Assembly (NCBI GenBank): GCA_963733035.1
Contig: CAVTBU010000006.1
Location: forward strand, 576,001 to 640,000
Source: Pirellulales bacterium
GTDB taxonomy: Bacteria; Planctomycetota; Planctomycetia; Pirellulales; PALSA-1355
Direction: 5' to 3'
DNA: 64,000 nucleotides
This document shows, piece by piece, positions 52,531 through 61,518 of the stretch (its first letter is position 1; each line of letters opens with the position of its first letter). The position numbers and the translations under genes were made by a program. The notes under the pieces are model-generated. The model saw nothing but the letters and a program-made list of their open reading frames with translations, was not told where the DNA came from and searched no databases.

Positions 52531-52733
52531 GAGGGAACTTTCTAAGACGCCCGAAAGCGGCGTCGCTGGAGGGGGAAAGGACGTGCGGCAAAGTTCTTGA
52601 TTTTAGGAGCGGCGGCAGCGACTCACAAGGGTTCCCATTGTTGACGACCGGGGCCGTGGCGTAAAATGAGCCGCTTTCGCTGGCCCACGTCCGCAAGCCC
52701 ACAAAGCTAGCCAATTGGTAAGGAACGCCCCGC

Positions 52734-54272
52734 ATGGCCAAGGCCCCCCAGACTGCGATCACGCCCACCCGGGCCGACGACTATCCAGAGTGGTACCAGC
52801 AAGTGGTTCGTGCCGCCGATCTGGCCGAGCAATCGCCCGTGCGCGGCTGCATGGTCATCAAGCCTTGGGGTTATGCCATCTGGGAGAACATGCAGCAGGC
52901 TCTGGACCGGATGTTCAAAAACACCGGGCACGTGAACGCCTACTTCCCTTTGTTTATTCCGCTCAGCTACCTGGAGAAAGAGGCCGAACACGTTGAAGGT
53001 TTTGCCAAGGAATGTGCCGTCGTCACTCATCATCGCCTCGAAGTAGGGCCCGACGGCGGGCTCGTGCCGACGGGCAAGCTGGAAGAGCCCCTGGTCGTAC
53101 GGCCTACCAGCGAAACGATCATCGGTGCGATGTATGCCCGCTGGGTAAAGTCGTATCGCGATCTGCCGATCCTTATCAATCAGTGGGCCAATGTCGTCCG
53201 CTGGGAATTGCGCACGCGAATGTTCCTGCGCACGGCCGAGTTCCTCTGGCAGGAAGGGCATACGGCCCATGCCACGGCCGCCGAAGCCGTCGAAGAAACC
53301 AAGAAGATGTTGGGTGTCTACGCCACGTTCGCTCAGGATTACATGGCGATGCCCGTCATTCGCGGCGAGAAGACAGCCGGCGAACGCTTCCCCGGAGCCG
53401 TGAACACCTACAGCATCGAGGCCATGATGCAGGATCGCAAAGCCCTGCAAGCCGGTACATCTCATTTCCTGGGGCAGAATTTTTCGAAAGCCCAGGAAAT
53501 CAAATACCTTTCAAGCGAAGGCCGCGAGGAATTCGCGTGGACCACGTCGTGGGGTGTTTCGACCCGGTTGGTGGGTGCCCTCATTATGTCGCACGCCGAC
53601 GACGACGGACTCGTGCTGCCGCCACGCTTGGCTCCCCAGCACGTGGTGATCCTGCCGATCTTCCGCAATGACGAGGAAGGCGGCCCCGTGCTTGAATATT
53701 GCCGTAGACTATGCAGCGAGCTTACGGCCCAGCAATACGATTCCGGCTCCGTCCGAGCAATCGTTGATACTCGCGACGTGCCGCGGGCCGACAAGAAATG
53801 GCAACACGTCAAGCGTGGCGTGCCGGTGATCGTTGAGGTGGGGCCGCGCGACATCCAGGGAGACACGCTGATGCCTAAACGCCGCGACGAGCCATCGGGC
53901 GAAAAGAAGTCTGCGGTATCCCGATTGCAATTTGTGGCCGAGATCGGCAGTTCGTTGGCCGCAATGCAGAATGGTCTGTTTCAGCGGGCGCTCGACTTTC
54001 GCCAGCAGCACACGAAGACATTCACCAGGCTCGACGAGTTCGAAAACTACTTCACTCCACGGAACGCAGAGAAGCCGGAGATTCATGGCGGCTTCGCCAT
54101 CGCCCACGTGGCCGAGGGGCCGGAGACGGCCGCCATTTTGGCAAAGCACAAACTCACGATTCGTTGCGTGCCCATCGCCGACGAGCCCGGCTTCGAGGAA
54201 GAGGTTCCCGGCAAGTGTCTCTTTACCGGCCGGCCCACGACGGTACGAGCTGTGTTTGCCAAGGCGTACTAA
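52734..54272 (+). CDS. proS: Proline--tRNA ligase, archaeal/eukaryotic type
   Basis: RPTSET, QWANVVRWE, FLRTAEFLWQEGHT, LQAGTSHFLGQNF, SWGVSTR, C-terminal FAKAY. Confidence 0.96.
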   Translation: MAKAPQTAITPTRADDYPEWYQQVVRAADLAEQSPVRGCMVIKPWGYAIWENMQQALDRMFKNTGHVNAYFPLFIPLSYLEKEAEHVEGFAKECAVVTHHRLEVGPDGGLVPTGKLEEPLVVRPTSETIIGAMYARWVKSYRDLPILINQWANVVRWELRTRMFLRTAEFLWQEGHTAHATAAEAVEETKKMLGVYATFAQDYMAMPVIRGEKTAGERFPGAVNTYSIEAMMQDRKALQAGTSHFLGQNFSKAQEIKYLSSEGREEFAWTTSWGVSTRLVGALIMSHADDDGLVLPPRLAPQHVVILPIFRNDEEGGPVLEYCRRLCSELTAQQYDSGSVRAIVDTRDVPRADKKWQHVKRGVPVIVEVGPRDIQGDTLMPKRRDEPSGEKKSAVSRLQFVAEIGSSLAAMQNGLFQRALDFRQQHTKTFTRLDEFENYFTPRNAEKPEIHGGFAIAHVAEGPETAAILAKHKLTIRCVPIADEPGFEEEVPGKCLFTGRPTTVRAVFAKAY

Positions 54273-54372
54273 GACAGATGAAATCAGAAGGTGGGCAGAT
54301 GTGAATCCCAGAGTGCGCGCTGACAAACGCACTTGAGCCTCTTTTCAATCGTTCTGATTTCTGACTTGCACT

Positions 54373-54921
54373 ATGGGCGCGATTTCACAGCCTCAATCCG
54401 TGTTATCGATTCTGGCAGCCTTTAGCCGGCACGAGGAGGCTTTAGATTGGGCACAACGACGGGCCGAGGCCAATTGGGGGCCAGTGGCGCTCTCCAGTGA
54501 GCGTTTCGGGTTTGATGCGACCGACTATTACGAGCCCACGATGGGGTCTGGCCTTGTCAAGTGTTTCTTTGCATTTGAGCGATTCATCGACCCGGCCGCA
54601 CTGGTGGCGAGGAAACTGGAGACAAATCAGTGGGAAGCAGAGTATGCTGGAAGTGGGGCACATGCCGAGCCACGTCCGCTGAATCTTGACCCCGGCTATC
54701 TCACGCCGGCCAAGCTGGTGTTGGCCTCGACGAAAGATCACGCCCATCGCTTGTACCTGTCTCGCGGCATCCATGCCGAGGTAACCTTGTTCTATAAACA
54801 ACGCCGTTGGCAAGCACACGCCTGGACGTTTGCCGACTACCAGCGCCCCGACTACCAGCAGTTTTTCACCGTTTGCCGCGACTATCTCCGCGCGCATCAG
54901 CAGCGGGAGACGCGGACATGA
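54373..54921 (+). CDS. DUF4416 family protein
   Basis: TDYYEPTMG, RPLNLDPGYL, VLASTKD..HRLYL, WTFADY. Confidence 0.85.
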   Translation: MGAISQPQSVLSILAAFSRHEEALDWAQRRAEANWGPVALSSERFGFDATDYYEPTMGSGLVKCFFAFERFIDPAALVARKLETNQWEAEYAGSGAHAEPRPLNLDPGYLTPAKLVLASTKDHAHRLYLSRGIHAEVTLFYKQRRWQAHAWTFADYQRPDYQQFFTVCRDYLRAHQQRETRT

Positions 54922-56053
54922 ATTGGGTGGTGGCAATGGCCGCCGCGCCAGGGCTGCTCGTAAGTCTGGTGCTGGCGAATTTCTTGCGATCCTGGGCGCC
55001 GCGGTGGGGGCTGGTCGACCAGCCGGGGCACCGCAAGGTGCACGAGCGGCCCGTTCCCTTCGGCGGCGGATTGGCGATTTGGGCGGGAGTGGTCTTGCCG
55101 CTGTCGGCCGGCCAATTGCTTCTGGAAGTATGGCAACAATCGAGATCGTCGCACGATGAGACCGTTCTCCCGGCTTGGCTAGGTTCGGTGGGCACATTCG
55201 TCGAGCCTCACCTGCCCGGCTTGCTTTCCCAGTCCCGCAGCCTGTGGTTCTTCTTGGCGGCTGGCACCGTGCTCATGTTGCTGGGGTTGATCGACGACGC
55301 GCGGCGGCTCGATTGGCGGTTTCGGATGGCCGTACAATTCCTGGTGGCCGGGACCGTGGTCCTTTGGCAAGGATGGAAAATGACCCTCTATGTCGACATG
55401 CCGGTGTTGACCGACCTGGTCAGCGTGTTGTGGATTGTCGGATTGATCAACTCCTTCAATTTCCTGGACAACATGGACGGCCTGGCCGGCGGCGTGGCCG
55501 CAATTGCCGCCGCGCTTCTGGCGCGTATATGCTGCTCGTGCCCGAAGCGGGGCATCCACAACTATTTGTCGCGGGGCTGCTATTCTTGCTGGTCGGCTCT
55601 CTGGTTGGGTTTCTATGGCACAACCGGCCGCCAGCGCGGCTCTTTATGGGCGACGCCGGAAGCTATTTCATCGGATTCTTTCTAGCCGTGATGACGATAC
55701 TCGCGACATTCAGCGGTCCTGGCGTGCCGCGACATTCAATCTTGGCTCCCCTGTGCGTATTGGCGATTCCCCTCTATGATACCATCAGCGTGCTTTGCAT
55801 CCGCTTGCGCAACGGACAAAGTCCCTTCGAGGGTGATACAAACCACTTCTCGCATCGTCTGGTCGCCCTGGGGCTTGGCAAGACGCAGGCGGTATTGACG
55901 ATCTATCTGGCCAGTGCCGCCTGCGGGCTGGGCGCCTTGGTATTGCCCCAAGTCAATGCGGCCGGGGCGGTAGTCGTCGTATTGATCATCATTTGTCTGC
56001 TGGGCGTGATTGCCATTTTGGAAATGACCGCTCGTCGCTTGACTAACCGGTAG
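54918..56053 (+). CDS. WecA/MraY-family polyprenyl-phosphate sugar-1-phosphate transferase (frameshift near 55525)
   Basis: DQPGHRKVH, GLIDD, NSFNFLDNMDGL, FMGDAGS, HFSHRL. Confidence 0.9.
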
Positions 56054-56118
56054 CTGCTCTGCCGGCAAGAGGTCTCCGTCCGTTTCACTCGTCGCACTGA
56101 ATCGTCTGCCAATTCCTA

Positions 56119-58380
56119 ATGTCTCCAAAACCACGAAAGGCCGAAGCAAAACTTGGAACCGCGACACCAGAAGTGCGCGATTTGGTGCGGCCCTGGTTAC
56201 TTGCCGGTTTGGTCGCCGTTTATGTGGCGCGCCCACTCGTGCCTAGTGAAGGTGTGGCATGGCTCGGCGATGGACACGGCCTGACACTCGTTTTGCTGTT
56301 GCTGTCGGCGGCATATTTGTTTGTCGTTGGATCTCGCCGCTCGCTGCTACGACAGTTCGACTTGGTTGATGGTGCCGTCCTGGCGCTGATTCTCGCGTTC
56401 GTTTGCAGCTCGTTGGTCGGACTGGCGGCTAGTCGCTTCGGAGCCAGCGAAACTCTCGAATTCGGACGTCGGCTGACCTCGCCCCGTCTGGTGGTGAATA
56501 TGGTTTGGGAATGGCTGGGCCTCGGGCTCATTTACTTCCTGACGAGGCAACTGGTGGCGCATCGGGTCGAGGCCCGTGGGCTCGTGGTCGTCATGATTGC
56601 ACTGGCCGTTGTGACTTCCGTGCTGGGGCTATATCAGGCGGCCGTCATCTTGCCCGAACAAAGGGCCGCGTACGCGGAGAACCCCGATGAGGTACTGCAG
56701 TCGCTGGGGCAGTGGTTTCCTCCGGACTCGCCGGAGCGCACGCGGTTTGAAGCGCGTCTGGCCAGTACAGAGCCGCTGGCAACTTTCGCGTTAACCAACT
56801 CGCTTGCCGGGTTTCTGGTGGCTTGGTTGGTCGTCGCGCTGGGCGTAGCGTGGGGAATCGTTCGGAAGCGCCACGTGTCCGCGTCGGCCGCAGCTCGCTA
56901 TGCCGGATTGGCCGTGGCATTGGGCGCGATGCTCGTCTGTTTGATGCTAACGCAAAGTCGAAGTGCGTACGTCGCGTTGGCCGTCGGGCTCGTTCTTTTA
57001 CCACTCGTGGTGCGCGACGGGCGCTACGGCATTCCTTGTCGGTGGATCGCTGCGGCTGGCGTCGCACTGCTTGTGATTGTCGTGGCGGCTTCGATGCTTG
57101 GTGGCCTGGACGAAACCCTGCTGAGCCAAGCCCAAAAATCGCTTGGCTATCGCTTCGAATACTGGGAGTCGACGCTCGACATGATTGCGGACTTTCCGCT
57201 GTTTGGTGTTGGGCCCGGCGAATTCCAAAACTACTACACGCAATACAAACTTCCCCAAGCCAGCGAGGAGATTAGCGACCCGCACAACTTTGTGCTCGAG
57301 GTCTGGGCCACGGGCGGTACGCTGGCGCTATTGGCCCTGGTGGCGCTGCTTGCCGCGTTCGCTTGGCAAAGCTGGACCTTGGTCGAACTCGATGAAAGTG
57401 AGCCGCACGACGACGCTCTCGCCTCGCGCGATAGCATGCGTCTGATGTTCCTCGGAGCGATCGCAGGCTTAGTGGTGGCATACGTGCTTGGCCGGCCCTT
57501 TGGCTTTTTCCTGCCGTTCGAGCAAATCGTGGCGGCCTTGATCGTGGGGGGATGTGTTATCGGCATCTTCTCGGTTTGGCTTTGGCGTGGGACGCTACCG
57601 GCGCGTCTGCCTGCGCTCGGCGTGCTCGTCTTGTCGATTCACTGGCTAGCTTCCGGCGGGTTTGCATTTCCGGGCGTGGCAGACACATTTTGGTTGTTAT
57701 TGGCGCTGGGCGTAAATCAGAAATCCAACACGATTTCGGCAGCGAACCCAAGCCCGCACGGATGGCGCAATTTGGCACTTCCGCTTGGCCTTTCGGTGGC
57801 CGTGTTGGCGCTGGCCGTGGGCTGTTACTATACGGCGTTTTTGCCGGTGATGGCATGCCGTGCGGCAATGGGGCTGGCGACCGATATGCGGATGAGCGAC
57901 GCGGTTCGGTTTGACGCCATGCTTGGTGCCATCGCCGCGGACCGGTTGTCGGCGGAGCCCTGGATGGCGTCCGCCCAACTTAGCGCACAGAGGCTCTCGG
58001 AGAATCCGAAGTCCGAACTCTGGCGCGAGAGACTCTTCCTGTCTGCTTCCTCAGTGCGCGCGGTGCAAGGGCACTCAAGTTCCGCGATGCGCGAACTCGG
58101 ACGTCTCTTCCGCCAAGTTTACGAAGTGAGTCCCGATAAGCAGATCGCCGCACAATTCGTGGCATACACTCGCTTGGCCGCTCATTGGTACCCGAACTCG
58201 GCAGTGATCCAGGGGGAATACGCCCAGGCCCTGGAAATGACGGGTAGCATTCAAACGGCGCGCCGTGTTGCCGCCAAAGCCCTCGAGCTCGATCGACGGA
58301 CGCCGCACGCCGACAAAAAACTGCCGCTGGCAATGCGATCAGAACTTGAGAACCTGGCAAAAACCTCGGAATCGCCGTGA
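56119..58380 (+). CDS. O-antigen ligase-like (Wzy_C) membrane protein with helical C-terminal extension
   Basis: Multiple TM helices; ATFALTNSLAG, LTQSRSA, SLGYRFEYW, GVGPGEF, DPHNFVLE. Confidence 0.85.
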   Translation: MSPKPRKAEAKLGTATPEVRDLVRPWLLAGLVAVYVARPLVPSEGVAWLGDGHGLTLVLLLLSAAYLFVVGSRRSLLRQFDLVDGAVLALILAFVCSSLVGLAASRFGASETLEFGRRLTSPRLVVNMVWEWLGLGLIYFLTRQLVAHRVEARGLVVVMIALAVVTSVLGLYQAAVILPEQRAAYAENPDEVLQSLGQWFPPDSPERTRFEARLASTEPLATFALTNSLAGFLVAWLVVALGVAWGIVRKRHVSASAAARYAGLAVALGAMLVCLMLTQSRSAYVALAVGLVLLPLVVRDGRYGIPCRWIAAAGVALLVIVVAASMLGGLDETLLSQAQKSLGYRFEYWESTLDMIADFPLFGVGPGEFQNYYTQYKLPQASEEISDPHNFVLEVWATGGTLALLALVALLAAFAWQSWTLVELDESEPHDDALASRDSMRLMFLGAIAGLVVAYVLGRPFGFFLPFEQIVAALIVGGCVIGIFSVWLWRGTLPARLPALGVLVLSIHWLASGGFAFPGVADTFWLLLALGVNQKSNTISAANPSPHGWRNLALPLGLSVAVLALAVGCYYTAFLPVMACRAAMGLATDMRMSDAVRFDAMLGAIAADRLSAEPWMASAQLSAQRLSENPKSELWRERLFLSASSVRAVQGHSSSAMRELGRLFRQVYEVSPDKQIAAQFVAYTRLAAHWYPNSAVIQGEYAQALEMTGSIQTARRVAAKALELDRRTPHADKKLPLAMRSELENLAKTSESP

Positions 58381-58459
58381 ATTTCACAGGACTCGCTAAT
58401 AGGGGTAAAATAGTTAACGTGGCAATCGTTTCCTAGCGAAACTCGATCGAGAGGTCTGC

Positions 58460-59620
58460 ATGAACGCCGGCGCTGTTCTGTTGTCGAGCTTGGTCTTAGG
58501 TACGGCATTCGGATTCGGAATTACTTGGGCCGATTTCGGACACGCCCCTGACCGCATGGTTCCGGACGCCACCAAGCTGCCTGTGTCGAACGGCGAGCAG
58601 CCGCGACTTGAGGTGAACCAGTACAATCATGATTTTGGCATGGTAGAACGTGGCGCGAAGATACGTCACGTATTTGTCTTCACCAACCGCGGCAGCGGTG
58701 TTTTGAAGCTGACGCCGGGCACGACGACCTGCAGCGCATGTACGATTGCGATGCTCGAAGCGAGCGAAATTGCTCCCGGCCAGTCGACGGACGTGACGGT
58801 CGAATATAGCGCCAACGCCGCGCATCCGAGTTTCCGTCAAACGGCAACGGTGCTGACGAACGATCCACACCATTCACGTGTCGAGCTGACAATTAGTGGA
58901 AAGTTGACGAACAAATTCCTGATTTGGCCCCGCCCGGTTGACTTCGGAAACGTGCCCGCCGGGGAGGCGGCGACGGCCGAGTTTCAGTTTAGGTATCTGC
59001 TTGACGGCGAGTTGCGAATCATTGGCCACGAGTTCGAAAACGCTGATGCGTCGTCGTTCTTTGACGTGCAGACCATCCAGCTTTCGGCTGATGAGGCCGC
59101 CAAGGAAGATGCCAAAGGCGGGTATCGTTTCGTGCTATCACTCAAACCGGGCTTGCCGTTAGGGACTTTTCAGCAGACAATCCGCCTCAAGTTCGAAATG
59201 GAACCCGGCGGCCAACAGGCGGAGGAAACTGTACCGATCACCGGCACGATTGTCAGTGATTTGTCGCTCGTTGGTCCAGGATGGCGGAGCAAAGACGGGG
59301 TCTTGTTGCTCGGCACGGTCGACAGTCACGCGGGCTTAACGCGAAAGCTGACGCTCCTTATGCGTGGCACGGCTCGCGGCCAGGTTGAGATTGAGCCGAT
59401 TAAACTTGATCCTCCTCAGATCCAGGTGAGGGTTGGAAGGGCAACGCCGCTCAATGAGACAGTCGACCAGATGCCGATCGAGATTGAGATTCCACCCGGA
59501 CTGGCGCCCGCCATCCGCTTGGGAACCGACCAGGGACCGTTCGGCGAAGTAGTCTTGGGGGTGAAAAACCATCCCGACGTCGCCGAAATCCGCCTTAAAT
59601 TGAAGTTCGTGATCAAATAA
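58460..59620 (+). CDS. DUF1573 domain protein
   Basis: HDFGMV...HVFVFTNRGSGVL...TTCSACT...IAPGQS...TNDP. Confidence 0.85.
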   Translation: MNAGAVLLSSLVLGTAFGFGITWADFGHAPDRMVPDATKLPVSNGEQPRLEVNQYNHDFGMVERGAKIRHVFVFTNRGSGVLKLTPGTTTCSACTIAMLEASEIAPGQSTDVTVEYSANAAHPSFRQTATVLTNDPHHSRVELTISGKLTNKFLIWPRPVDFGNVPAGEAATAEFQFRYLLDGELRIIGHEFENADASSFFDVQTIQLSADEAAKEDAKGGYRFVLSLKPGLPLGTFQQTIRLKFEMEPGGQQAEETVPITGTIVSDLSLVGPGWRSKDGVLLLGTVDSHAGLTRKLTLLMRGTARGQVEIEPIKLDPPQIQVRVGRATPLNETVDQMPIEIEIPPGLAPAIRLGTDQGPFGEVVLGVKNHPDVAEIRLKLKFVIK

Positions 59621-59693
59621 GGGACTGATCGATGTGGCGCCCGGTTTTCGAAACCGGCCTGCAACAAATCTCTGGATGGATCCAACTGCTTTT

Positions 59694-61380
59694 ATGAATA
59701 GCACGACTTCGCGTTCGCTTGCCATTAGTTTGATTTGGACATGCACCTGCGTTCTCGTCGGGTGCGGCAGTTCGGATTCGAGTCCGGTGACTGCATCCTT
59801 GCCTGCGCCGCCAACAGGCGGTACCGCTTCGCAAACCGAGGAGGCGGAATCGGCGTTTTCTATCGACGGATCAATAAGTGAAAATGAGCACCAGGCGCGG
59901 ATTGCTGACAACCGCGCGATTCCATCCAGCACTCAAACCGCTCCGTTGGAGAACGAAACGAGCGCGAGCGAAAAGCCCAAGATCGACCCGATTGCCATCA
60001 ACGGCAAGTACTTCGACGGCTGGCCGAAACCCAAATTGGCGCTGGTGATCAGTGGACGGCAGGACGGATACCTGGAGCCGTGTGGCTGCGCGGGATTGGA
60101 TCAACAAAAAGGGGGCATGAGCCGGCGACACTCGTTCATTCGTGGGTTGGAGGACAGGGGCTGGCCGGTGGCGGCGGTTGACGTGGGCGGTCTGGTACGC
60201 CGCTTTGGTCGGCAAGCCGAACTGAAGTTTGCAATTTCGGCCGAGGCGCTCGAAAAAGATGCACTATAGCGCCGTCGGATTTGGCCCCGATGACTTGCGG
60301 CTTTCCGCCGGCGAGATTGTGGCGGCCATTGCCGGTGCCACTCCCGAGGACGGCATCTTCGTTTCGGCCAATGTGAATCTGTTCGACCTGACGCCAAAAA
60401 CTCGCATTGTCGAGGCCGGTGGTATGAAGCTGGGCATCACCTCGGTGCTGGGCGAAAAATATCAGGCCCAAGTAAATAACGACGAAGTGATTATCGCGCC
60501 CGCCGCCGAAGCCTTGGCCAAGGTCGTGGGGGAACTGCGGGATTGCGACGCGCGGGTGCTCCTGGCGCATGCGACGGTGGATGAAACGCGAGAACTCGCC
60601 AAACAGTTTCCACAGTTTCAGATCGTCGTGACCTCAGATGGTCGCGACGTGCCTCCGCTCGAACCAGAGGCCATTGACGACGACAAAGCGCGACTAGTCG
60701 AAATCGCGCCGAAAGGAATGTACGTGGTCGTAGCAGGCTTTTACGACGATCCGCGGCAGCCAGTGAGATTTCAGCGGGTTGCGCTCGACTCGCGCTTTCA
60801 GGATTCGCAAACCATGAAGGACTTGATGGCGACCTACCAGGACCAATTGCGGCAGCTTGGTTGGCGCGATTTGGGAATTAAGAGCGTGCCGCACCCGCGA
60901 ACCACGGATGTTGACCCTCTTTCCGGAAAATTTGCAGGCGCCGAGAGCTGCAAGGAATGCCATCCTACGGCGTTTGGAATTTGGAATAAGACCAAGCACG
61001 CGCACGCGACCGAAACGCTAGCCAAACTCAGTCCTCCACGACAATATGATGCCGAATGTATTAGCTGTCATTCGACGGGCTGGAATCCGCAAGAGTACTA
61101 TCCCTACATCAGTGGCTTTGACAGCCAGGAGAAAACGCCGCTGTTGGCGGGCAATCAGTGCGAGAATTGTCACGGGCCAGCGGCCGCGCATGTGGCCGCG
61201 GAGAAGGGTCGCAACCGCACAACCAAGGAGGAACAGCGGCAAATTGTAAAGCTTGTTGTCGGACAAGCGTTCGAAAACGTGTGTTCGAATTGCCACGACC
61301 ACGACAACAGCCCCGAATTCAACGAGCAAAGCTTCGAAGCCCACTACTGGCCGAAAGTCCAGCACAAGGGTAAGAAGTAG
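59694..61380 (+). CDS. Lipoprotein: 5'-nucleotidase/metallophosphoesterase-like domain fused to a tetraheme cytochrome c (frameshift at the A run near 60255)
   Basis: Lipobox-like LVGC; GYLEPCGC..QKGGMSRR; CxxCH x4 (CKECH, CISCH, CENCH, CSNCH). Confidence 0.85.
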
Positions 61381-61518
61381 CGGCGTCGAAGCAGCTTCGA
61401 AGTGGCAGCGAGCCACCACTTCTTTCTTGGCTCATACTCCTCATAAGTGTTAGAATCCCGGCCTCTGCAGCGCCACGCTTGCCGGGCACGGCTTATTCGT
61501 ACTCGAGGAGTTTCTGCC

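Noticed and set aside
2207..61380. Pseudogenes or programmed frameshifting in the split genes
   Set aside because: Isolated indels in error-prone runs, no further decay and no shared slippery site; a sequencing artefact is more parsimonious.
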